Notes under the pieces: model-generated | What the model saw: the letters and a program-made list of their open reading frames with translations, nothing else | Databases searched by the model: none | Told to the model about the DNA's origin: nothing | From: an uncultured virus (IMG/VR IMGVR_UViG_2061766007_000524) | Lineage: Duplodnaviria > Heunggongvirae > Uroviricota > Caudoviricetes | Direction: 5' to 3' (one strand) | Virus record (IMG/VR): IMGVR_UViG_2061766007_000524 | Length of the DNA: 64,000 bases | In this document: positions 8,657-17,583 of the stretch, one piece after another | Layout of the letters: each line of letters starts with the position of its first letter | Numbering within the stretch: position 1 is the stretch's first letter | Made by a program: the position numbers and the translations under genes

Positions 8657-10802
8657 ATGGAAGAAAAAAATTGCAGAAAATATGACGAGGATGAAATGCT
8701 TTCGGTTTGCGTTTACTGCGACAGCACAGGACTTTATACAGACGAAGAATGCTTTGACGATAATCTCTGTGACTTGTATTTTCCGGAATGGATTGTGAGA
8801 GAATGGTACAAAACAAATGAATGCGACCTTGTATATATAACAATGCGTGAACTTCACATTCCAGAAAGTGAAGTAACGTTTGAAAAATGGTTTTATGAAG
8901 CATCTACTGCAATGGACACGGACGGATTATATGACTTCGCACTTGAAAGAGGATTTAAAGCTGAAAGGAGATAACAATGAGAACTGCAAAACTGGAAACG
9001 CTGATTTCAAGCGGGTATGCGTTCCTCAAATCTGTAAGCAATGACGTTGAAATCTATGAAAACAAATTTACCGGACTGCGGGTGATGTACGATTTCTCCC
9101 GCAATTCTTATAAAGTATTGGGGGATTGAACATGCGGTGCAATATTTCTGAATGCGTTTATAGGAACAAAAGCAACAGCCAATGTGGTTATAACGGAGAA
9201 ATCTATATAGATTATCCGCTTTATACGATGAATCCATGTTGCGTGAAGTTCAGAGAGGAAGGTCAGCCGTCAATTGAAGAACAAATCTTTCCAGGGTATG
9301 TAGATTCTTCCCCGTGTGAGGACTGCGAATCTGTAAAGAACGAAGAAAACACATTGCCAATTGAAAAAGAAAAGGAGAATGGCATGAACGTTTATGTTGT
9401 CTATGGTTGTAACGATTGCCATGTTGCTGAGTTCATCCCTGTTGCCGTGTACAAGAACCGCAGAGAAGCAGAGCTTTTCATGATGAAACACGCTACAATT
9501 GCAATGGTCGATATGAGCGTGAAGGAATGCAACATGGGATGCCGTTTCGATCTGGACGGGAATCTCGATTGTGTCTATGATTCGCAGGACAGCTCTGTAA
9601 AGTATTTCATCAAAGAACTGCCACNNNNNNNNNNNNNNNNNNNNNNNNNNNNNNNNNNCCCGCATTCCTTTATATGCGGGAGTTGACTTTCATGTTACGC
9701 TGAAAGAAAGGAAAATGAAAAATGCACCAGATTTATAAAGAAGTTCCAAAAGGGATTACATACAACTTTGATGAAGCGTGTCCTCATTGTGATAAATATA
9801 TTCGTGTCGTAATTGATAACAATGACTTCACGCACTACACGGTCACTTGTCCACATTGCGGGGAGAAAATGATGCTCTGTACTCTTTGCCATTGGGACTT
9901 TTGGGCTGAATCATCTGATTGCCCTTGTTATTTGGGAAAGTTTGAAGATTGTGCATGTGCCATTGAAGCCGCCGAAAGAGGTCTGTGCGATTTCCCACCC
10001 AGAGTTGAAGAATAGAAGGGAGAAATCTATGCAAGATATTTCTGAACAGCCGAAATTCAGCGGAACTGTCGAGAGACTAAAGCTTGTTAAAGCTATGGAG
10101 TACCTTGTCAGATGTGTAAACGATGAAACACTTCTTGACGCTTGGCTTACTTTGGGCGTGGCTGATGGTGATTTCGATTACGGAGATTTAAGTGTTGCCG
10201 AAAATCCGGAAGATGATGAAGGAATCTGGTATGTTGAGGAAAACGAAACTTTTTCTGAAATCATGGATTTGTTTCTCGGTATCATGGCATCTGCAAAAGA
10301 AGATGGTGGTCTGTACTGTGACGGAGTTGTGAGTAAACAGAGACACACAGAAGGAGAATGAAATGCGTTGTAAGTACATGTGCAAGGCTGAAAAAGAACT
10401 GTACAATCTATCTCAATATCCAAACTTTTCAGCAACCGGAAGTATTACGGGAATGAAGAAACTCTACTATGGGCGTGATGCCCTACTGGTTCGCTCTGGT
10501 GCGTGGATTTACAGAGTACCAGAAGAAATCTATAACAAAGCTCATTGAGAAAGGAAGGAAACGGTATGGACAGCGAAGAAAAATATATTGAAATGACCGA
10601 TGAATACGGGGCAAAATTCAATGTGTACGCTCCGGAAAACCTTCTGGAAGAACTGAAAGAAAGAGAACAGGCATCCGAAGAATTTGATTATTTGAAAATG
10701 AATTGGGGTAGTTTCCGGAGCAATGACCGTTTTTTTGACGATGAAGGTAATTCCTACGGCGTTGACGTTGACGGGAATGTGGTGCAGATTTATCCGCTTT
10801 GA
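8657..10802 (+). CDS. Run of small hypothetical proteins (about 8657..8974, 9126..~9630, 9722..10015 Zn-ribbon, ~10029..10361, 10363..10548, ~10566..10802)
   Basis: Consecutive + strand ORFs with RBS; CPHC..CPHC..CTLC in 9722..10015; a partial promoter motif ATTCCTTTA at 9664 next to an N gap. Confidence 0.7.
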
Positions 10803-10809
10803 AAAAAAG

Positions 10810-10841
10810 TTTGCACTTTTTGTAAAGTAAACATTCCTTAT
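10810..10841 (+). promoter_or_regulatory. Phage-specific promoter motif copy 9
   Basis: TTGCAC(10811)-16 nt-ATTCCTTAT. Confidence 0.8.
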
Positions 10842-10876
10842 CTTGTGGGGAGATTGAAGAAAGGGAGTTTGTTTTA

Positions 10877-11651
10877 ATGGCAGAAAGAAAATACGTTGTC
10901 GAATATGACTTTGAAATCGGAAAGAGATGGCATCCGAAGAAAAAGATTGTAACAGCGAAAAACCAAAAAGAAGCATGTGAGAAAATCAAAACAGACTATT
11001 GGGAAAAGGTTATAGCATTAGCCGAAAACCGTGGGTTTTCAACGCAAAAAGCAAAGAGATATTATCACTATCCGTTTCATATAACGGCAAAGAGATACGA
11101 AGAAGGGAGCTGAATAATGGACTGCGGACTTTATACACAAGCTGAAAACACTATCAATGGAAGAAAAATTTGGTTCTATCTGGTTACTTGCCCTATCGGT
11201 AACATCTGCATTGTAGATTATGAAAACAGAGACGATATGGCAATCACGAGGAAAATATTTGACGGCGATACTGACGGGGAAAAAGCTGAAAAGTATTTCA
11301 GAAAAATCTGCTCGGAAAAATTAAAAGGGAAGATTTGAAAAAAGTTTGCACTTTTAGCAGACTTGACATTCCTTAATTTGTGGGGGTGATTGAATGATTA
11401 CGATTACGGCAAGAGAAAGATTACGTGCACCGAAACCGGAAGGACTGGACGAAAAACAGTCTAAGGTGTGGGATTTCTATTTTGAAAGAGGATGGTATAT
11501 TTTTCTGGTTAATACTTATGATTCTGACGCTTATCTTGTTATTCAAGATGACGAGCGTTTGGAAGATGCAATTATTTTCCCATCATACGACAGCCTTTCT
11601 GAATGGCTATCCGAAAGATGGCGTGACTTAACAAGAGTGGGGTTACTTTAA
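10877..11651 (+). CDS. Three small hypothetical proteins (10877..11113, 11117..11338, 11394..11651)
   Basis: ORFs with RBS. Confidence 0.7.
11345..11376 (+). promoter_or_regulatory. Phage-specific promoter motif copy 10
   Basis: TTGCAC(11346)-16 nt-ATTCCTTAA. Confidence 0.8.
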
Positions 11652-11800
11652 TGCTCGGTGTTGTGATTGGTTGGAAAGTTGCATGGATGGTCGATAAAGA
11701 TTGTCCGTTTGCTTTCAAGTACAATGGCGGGTATTACGTTTGGGATAAAGATTATCGCAAAGCGTATGATTTCTACATGAATAAAGAAAGGAATTGAAAC

Positions 11801-12415
11801 ATGGGTACAAGAAACATTACAAGAGTTATTCTCAACGGTCAGATGAAAGTAAACCAGTATTGCCAGTGGGACGGTTATCCGGATGGACGTGGCATTGACG
11901 TTCTCACGTTCATGCGGGATATCCTTATCTGCGGTAGGCTGAGAGATTTCAAGTACGGAATTGAACATTCCAGTCTGGTTGACTTGAACGATGATGATAA
12001 CACTTTCTATACTGGTGCACCGTATTACAAGCATCTGTTTGACCTTCTCGATAGGAAAAGCGAATATGAAAACTTTGCTGATACTGTAAAGAGAAATTTG
12101 ACGGACGGAAAGATTACAGAACATGAAGCAAACTATCTTATGGTTGCATCCCGTGACGTTGGCAATGACGTTCTCCCCTACATGGTGAAGTACAGTCCAA
12201 GCGGTATGATTTTCTACACTTCTGACTATCTCACGCACATCGGAGAGGAACTTGACTGGCAGATTGAAGGAATGTTTGTCATTGATTTGGACAAGTCCAT
12301 TGTCAAAATCATTTATCACGATAAGTCTAAAGAGTACGACTTTGAAGCTCTGGAAAAAATGACTAACGATGAAATCAAAACTGAAATGGAAAACCTTGCA
12401 AAAAGTGATGAATAA
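11801..12415 (+). CDS. Conserved phage protein of the MGTR...Y.QWDGYP family, function unknown
   Basis: N-terminal MGTRNIT...QYCQWDGYPDGRG motif. Confidence 0.75.
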   Translation: MGTRNITRVILNGQMKVNQYCQWDGYPDGRGIDVLTFMRDILICGRLRDFKYGIEHSSLVDLNDDDNTFYTGAPYYKHLFDLLDRKSEYENFADTVKRNLTDGKITEHEANYLMVASRDVGNDVLPYMVKYSPSGMIFYTSDYLTHIGEELDWQIEGMFVIDLDKSIVKIIYHDKSKEYDFEALEKMTNDEIKTEMENLAKSDE

Positions 12416-12427
12416 AGGTGCAAATTA

Positions 12428-12459
12428 TTTGCACCTTTTCCGTTTTTGATATTCCTTAA
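12428..12459 (+). promoter_or_regulatory. Phage-specific promoter motif copy 11, embedded in a palindrome
   Basis: TTGCAC(12429)-16 nt-ATTCCTTAA; the -35-like box is the right arm of AAAGGTGCAAAT-T-ATTTGCACCTTT. Confidence 0.8.
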
Positions 12460-12476
12460 CTATTGGGGGTGAGAAC

Positions 12477-13697
12477 ATGACAATTAAAGCGCCACGGTTC
12501 ATGACGGAGTATGCCAATTACAAAAAGCGTGAACTGAGCGAAAAAATCCAGATGAATAAGAACGATGGGGAAATGAAAGTAAGGTGTGAAGAAGCAATAC
12601 GGATTGTTGACAGAGCATTGCATCATTACACACACGGTCTAATTCTTGTTGAAGAATCAATGAGATTGATTTTGAAATCAGAAGATTATGCCTACGAAAG
12701 GTATCAAGCGGGGGAAATATAATGCGTTATGTTTACTACGTTGTTACAAGGCACAAGAACGGCAAGTATTTGTCTTTCGTTGACAAGGTTTCCGACAACT
12801 GCGGTGAAATCTATCACAGGCTGAAAAACATTCCGAACATTCAAAACGCTTCTGTTTTCACATCCAAAAAGAAAGCAGAAGAAATCTGCAAAATCTGGAA
12901 TGAAACCTACGAGAAAAACGGAACGTATTGGGGGTGCTGAATTGGTCGAATACTTCTCGATATCCACCATTGAATCTCTCACCGAAGCAAAAGCCAAAAA
13001 GTACGCAGAGGAATCTATTGAAATCAAAGGACATACAATCTACTTTATCGACTTTGGCGGTTACTTTGGCTACTCTGCATGTGTGTTCTGTAACGGGCAT
13101 CACATCTGCTATGCCAATGACTATGAACTGCATCACAATCATGACAATCTCACCCATGAAGAACTGAAAGAACTGTACATTCAGAGGATGAATAACATCC
13201 TTTTCACGGAAGAAGAACTGTCCGCTCCGCTGAAAGACTATGACGAGTACAGACGGAAAAGCTATTTTCTCACCAACTACTACGGCATGAGAGAAAGCCA
13301 TTATTCAGTATGGTCATCCAAAGAAGATAGAAAAGCAAGTAAAGTCAAGGGTCTGTATGTAAGTAGTGTTAACTTCTCTTACTACGACAACAAAGAGTTT
13401 GTTGATAAGTTGAATGAACTTGAAGATGCTCTTGAAAACGCTCAGAACCAGTTGAAAAACAACTTTAAGTATTGGGTTAATGCCTTTGTCTGCGAAATGG
13501 GAAACCATGAATACCATATCAATTGGCAAGCTGACTTCGATACTCTTTCAGCCTTTGGCAATCCTGTTTGGAGACATTCTGGAAACAGTCTCACATTCTG
13601 GTTTGATGATGTGAATTTCAATGAAACTCAGAGGAAAGCTTACCGTGAAGCTATCCGAAGATATTCAAAAATGGTAAGAGAAAACAATTGGGGTTAA
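12477..13697 (+). CDS. Three hypothetical proteins (12477..12722, 12722..12940, ~12940..13697)
   Basis: Translationally coupled ORFs; the last has a conserved-looking F..EM.NHEY..NWQAD.D.L..FG motif. Confidence 0.7.
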
Positions 13698-13702
13698 ATT
13701 CA

Positions 13703-13734
13703 TTTGCACTTTTCCGGCATCTCGCATTCCTTAT
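13703..13734 (+). promoter_or_regulatory. Phage-specific promoter motif copy 12
   Basis: TTGCAC(13704)-16 nt-ATTCCTTAT. Confidence 0.8.
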
Positions 13735-13782
13735 CTTGTGCACCACAGATGTGCAAAATCTATTTGAAAAAGGAGACACATT

Positions 13783-15006
13783 ATGTACTATCAAATCAAC
13801 CGTGAGACGCAGAAGCTTGAACTTATCTTCTCTAAAGAAGAATATCAGGCTCTCCCCGCTTCTGACAAGCAGAAAATCAAGAGCAATTTTCTGTTCTCTA
13901 AGTACATCGGCGGTTGGGTAAGCCGTGCAAAGTTTCCTAATCTGTTCTACGCTGAGAGAGTTGCAAAAGAACTCGGTGCTGAAAACCGTGGCAAAGTTGG
14001 TGAATCTATCAGCTTTGAAGAACAGATGGAGCGCAAAGCTGAAAAGGCTGAGTCCAGAGCTGACCGGATGGAATACCGTTCTGAACAGGCTGTGAAGCGT
14101 GGTGAAGTGTTGCAGAAACCTATCGAAGATATGCACGGTGATATTGCTTTCTTCACTCAGCCAAACATCAACTCAAGTGCAGGAAGGGCATTCACCAATC
14201 GCAGAAATAGGATGTGGACAGCTTGGGAGCGTGGCTTTGAGGAGTTCAAGAAATCTGAATACTACGCTGAAAGGGCGAAGATAGCAAGGGAGACCGCAAT
14301 CAGCACAAAGCCGACAGACAAGGGGTTCTGTGAGCGCAGGATTGCAGAAGCTGAAAAGACTATCAGAGCGCAACACAAGAACATTGAATACTACGAAGGA
14401 TTGCTGAAACGGTTTGACGAGAATCCGGAATACAAGCTCAATGGTTCTTCATCTTTTCAGTACACCCGTGAAGATGTAGAGAAATGGCTTGACGATGCCG
14501 AAGATATCATTGAACAGGCAATCAGCAAGGAAATCTATTACCGTGACAGAATCGAAGAACTTGGTGGTGTCCAGTATAGCAAGGAAAATATCAAAGTCGG
14601 CTATATCGTCAAATTCAAGTACAACAGGCTTTACAAGGTCATTGGAACTGGCCCGAAGTTCTTCACGTATGTTGATGCTACTGGTGCATTCCCTTGCCCG
14701 TTGAAAGCTTCATACGGTGAGATTGTGGAAGTTGTGAAAGCGGAAGAAGAACAGAAGCAAGTCCACCCGTTCAAAGAAGGGGAAGAATTTACTGTTGACA
14801 TTTGGCATGACGATTCCAGAAAGATTGATAAAACCCTCTGCAAAATCGTAAAGGCAACGGAAAAGACCGTGACCGTCCTCGATACCATCACGGGCAAGAA
14901 ATCTGTAAGAACTCCTAAGATTCGCACAGGTAACGGCACGAAGGAATGGGCGTTCTTTATGGATGACTATTACAGAAGCGGAATCTTTAAGCCTGTCGAA
15001 GCGTGA
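13783..15006 (+). CDS. DUF3560-domain protein
   Basis: R.E.RADR...IAFFTQPNINSSAGRAF.NRRNRM...WERGFEE..KSEYYAERA pattern of DUF3560; RBS AAGGAG. Confidence 0.65.
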   Translation: MYYQINRETQKLELIFSKEEYQALPASDKQKIKSNFLFSKYIGGWVSRAKFPNLFYAERVAKELGAENRGKVGESISFEEQMERKAEKAESRADRMEYRSEQAVKRGEVLQKPIEDMHGDIAFFTQPNINSSAGRAFTNRRNRMWTAWERGFEEFKKSEYYAERAKIARETAISTKPTDKGFCERRIAEAEKTIRAQHKNIEYYEGLLKRFDENPEYKLNGSSSFQYTREDVEKWLDDAEDIIEQAISKEIYYRDRIEELGGVQYSKENIKVGYIVKFKYNRLYKVIGTGPKFFTYVDATGAFPCPLKASYGEIVEVVKAEEEQKQVHPFKEGEEFTVDIWHDDSRKIDKTLCKIVKATEKTVTVLDTITGKKSVRTPKIRTGNGTKEWAFFMDDYYRSGIFKPVEA

Positions 15007-15311
15007 ACGTTCGTTGACAGCGGTGTGATAATAGAAGTAGGGAGAGAAGTGCAAAGTGCATAAGCTGATTCGTTGTGCGCTTCGGTTTATTCTGAAACAT
15101 GAGCATCTACGTGACTTCTTCAACAAACGTGAATGGTTCAACCATCTTGTGTACGAAGAAGCACAAGCAGTTATCGGAAATAGACCGTGGCATTGAAAGG
15201 AAAACTACAATGTATTACGTCTACCATTTCCCGTAGCACTCCCCTATCGTTTACCTTTTCCATTATACAAATCTACAAAAACTATTTTGAAACTTGAAAG
15301 GAATTACAGAT

Positions 15312-15893
15312 ATGAAAAAACTGCATGTTACTCTTAACGGCACTTCCCCGCTCATTATGCACTCTCCGAAATGCGTGAATCCGTTGCATCCAATCAGCAA
15401 AAGGCTGAAAGAGTACACTTCTAAGCGCAAAAAGACGGATGAAGACCTTCAAATCATCTCCGATCTCGAATGGGAGTCTGGCGTGTATTGGGAAGATAAT
15501 GTAGGTCTCTACATTCCCAACGAAGCAATTGCAGCAACACTCAAAAACGGTGCTAAGATGAACAAGAACGGTGCAGATGTTGGGAGATATTGCATCATTC
15601 TTGATTCGCTTGTCCCTTTGGATATTGGCGAAGTACAGGACTATGAGAAGATGAAAGTCGAACCTCGTTTTCGTGATGTGCGGAGCGCTTGTGTTCAGAG
15701 AGCAAGAGTTATCCGTACCCGTCCACGTTTCAACACTTGGCGTTGTGAGTTTGACATGATGGTTGAAGATGAAAAGATGAATCTTGAAACCGTTGCGCTT
15801 GCCTTCTCAAATGCTGGACGTTATGTCGGCTGTCTCGAAATGCGGTCGCTTGGTTACGGGAAATTTGAAGCCAGTATTCAAGAGGTCGCTTGA
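15312..15893 (+). CDS. Stand-alone RAMP (Cas7/Csm3-like) protein; candidate effector of an RNA-guided system
   Basis: N-terminal strand plus GTSPLIMH, YIPNEAIAATLKNGA (RAMP IP.S..KG..R helix), RTRPRFNTW, C-terminal Gly-rich loop AGRYVGCLEMRSLGYGKF; RBS GAAAGGA before ATG 15312. Confidence 0.75.
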   Translation: MKKLHVTLNGTSPLIMHSPKCVNPLHPISKRLKEYTSKRKKTDEDLQIISDLEWESGVYWEDNVGLYIPNEAIAATLKNGAKMNKNGADVGRYCIILDSLVPLDIGEVQDYEKMKVEPRFRDVRSACVQRARVIRTRPRFNTWRCEFDMMVEDEKMNLETVALAFSNAGRYVGCLEMRSLGYGKFEASIQEVA

Positions 15894-15897
15894 TTGA

Positions 15898-16311
15898 GGA
15901 TTACAAGGCGAGGTATGGTGCGTTAGGGTGATGTGAGGTAGTATTAGGTTGGGTCTGGTAGAATAAGGTGCGGTCTGGTCAGGATTCTCTGGTGCGGTAT
16001 GTTCATGCAAGGTGCGGTGGTGTAATGTTTGGCATGTTGGGTTCTGTTTTGGCGAGTTATGGTCTGGTACGGTCTGGATTCTATGGTAAGTTTTGGCAAG
16101 GTGAGTTGTTGTTGGGTGCGCTGTGTTTTGGTAAGCTCTGGTGAGGATTTTCTGGTACGGCGAGGCTTGGTTTGGTGAATCAAGGTCGGGCGGTGTATGG
16201 TGTGGTTAGGATTCTATGGTCAGTCATGGTATGTCGAGGTGCTGTTTGGTTTGGCATGGATTCTGTGGTGTTGTATGGTTTGGTGATGTGCGGTTAGTTG
16301 GGGTATGGTTT
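15898..16311 (+). ncRNA. Array of six putative guide RNAs made of (GGY-type triplet + NN) pentamers, separated by GGATTNNNN
   Basis: 72 phased pentamers in units of 15, 17, 12, 11, 8 and 9; 46 triplets are GGT/GGC and all 72 end in a pyrimidine; separators at 15898, 15982, 16076, 16145, 16209, 16258. Confidence 0.8.
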
Positions 16312-16339
16312 CATGTACTCAGAAAGGAAGGTGCATTTT

Positions 16340-16816
16340 ATGACAAGGCAGGAGAAAATTGGAAAGCTCGTTGAGCATACACTCGGTTTAGAGTATGGCA
16401 GTATTATGCCACATTACGAGATTGAGCAGATTATCGAGGAAAAGCAGAAAAGCGACCAATACAAGAGCGTTATCGCATCTGCAAAGAAAGAACTGCTTGC
16501 TCTCGGCAAAATGATTGAGAACATCCATAATGTCGGTTATCGTGTGACTAATCCGGATGATTACACGGCTCAGTCAATTAAGTATGCAACGGCAGGAGCA
16601 AGAGCAATTTCAAAGGGAGCTAAAATTCTGGACAAAGCTCCACTAAAAGATATGTCGCAGGAAGGTGTGCAGGAGTACAACGCTGTCGCTGACCGTATGA
16701 AGATGCTTAATGCGTTTGTCAGCGGTTCCAAAGTGGAACTTCGGATGTTGGCAAGCAAGCGCAAGCATCCTCTGTTGAACGAAAACAACGGGGAATCTGT
16801 AAGAAATGGGGTGTAA
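16340..16816 (+). CDS. Hypothetical protein, possible winged-helix DNA-binding accessory of the RAMP/array locus
   Basis: RBS AGAAAGGAAGG right after the array, ATG 16340; helical N-terminus ending in [11 protein letters not shown] wing-like hairpin. Confidence 0.6.
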   Translation: MTRQEKIGKLVEHTLGLEYGSIMPHYEIEQIIEEKQKSDQYKSVIASAKKELLALGKMIENIHNVGYRVTNPDDYTAQSIKYATAGARAISKGAKILDKAPLKDMSQEGVQEYNAVADRMKMLNAFVSGSKVELRMLASKRKHPLLNENNGESVRNGV

Positions 16817-16818
16817 GC

Positions 16819-17511
16819 ATGTCAAGTAGTATTGACAACAACGCAACCGGATATCCTGTTAACCTTATTGACGCTGTGTTCTGTTGTGAGTATGACTGGA
16901 CTATTGACGATGACCATATCGCAGGATTGAAAGCAGCGTTGGAGACTCTGACGGAACGGGAACAGCAAATCTTGAAGTACCGTTTTGAAGATTGCATGAC
17001 GTATGAAGACGTTGGAAAAGTTTTCAATGTCACCCGTGAGAGAATCCGACAAATTGAAGCAAAAGCATTGCGAAAGCTCCGGCATCCTGCAAGGCAGAAA
17101 ATGATTAAACACGGTCTTGAAGGTTCAAATCTGAATCTTGAACTTTCGAAGAAAGAAGCTGAGTTAAACGTGCGTGAGAGCGAGATAGAGCGCCGTGAGA
17201 ATCGTTTGATTGGCTTGCTGAATGAAATCATGTCCTATGCAGAAGAGGTCACAGAGCGCCGCAAAAAGGCTCTTGGCGAACGTACTTGGCGTGACTTGAC
17301 GGTTGAAGAATTGAACTTATCAGTTCGTAGTTTCAATTGCTTAATGCGTGGCGATATCCATACTGCGGGTGAAATCGCAAACGCATTTGAATCCACAAGA
17401 ATCTACAATTTACGAAACATGGGGAGACAGTCGATTAAGGAAGTTGCTTTGAAACTTTACGCGGTCTCACAGGGCGAAGCGGACTACAACATCACTCCAC
17501 CAGAGCCGTAA
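16819..17511 (+). CDS. Fusion of sigma-70 region 4 and RNA polymerase alpha C-terminal domain
   Basis: [13 protein letters not shown]...[30 protein letters not shown] (RpoD region 4.2), coiled coil, then [14 protein letters not shown]...IHT.GEI...[12 protein letters not shown] (alpha-CTD). Confidence 0.88.
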   Translation: MSSSIDNNATGYPVNLIDAVFCCEYDWTIDDDHIAGLKAALETLTEREQQILKYRFEDCMTYEDVGKVFNVTRERIRQIEAKALRKLRHPARQKMIKHGLEGSNLNLELSKKEAELNVRESEIERRENRLIGLLNEIMSYAEEVTERRKKALGERTWRDLTVEELNLSVRSFNCLMRGDIHTAGEIANAFESTRIYNLRNMGRQSIKEVALKLYAVSQGEADYNITPPEP

Positions 17512-17583
17512 ATTCCATCTTGAATTTTCCCGTGAATCTGTGTAAAATGAATTACTTTAAACTTGAAAGGATGTTGCCAGACA

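Noticed and set aside
15807..16183. Minus-strand ORFs 15944..16183 and 15807..16010
   Set aside because: They are Thr/Pro/Gln/Arg-rich by-products of the pentamer array, antisense to the operon, with no RBS
15898..16311. Canonical CRISPR array, simple microsatellite or G-quadruplex tract
   Set aside because: There are no 25-45 nt identical repeats with spacers. The NN positions are non-repetitive while phase is strict, unlike slippage repeats, and many triplets are GTT/TGT, breaking G runs
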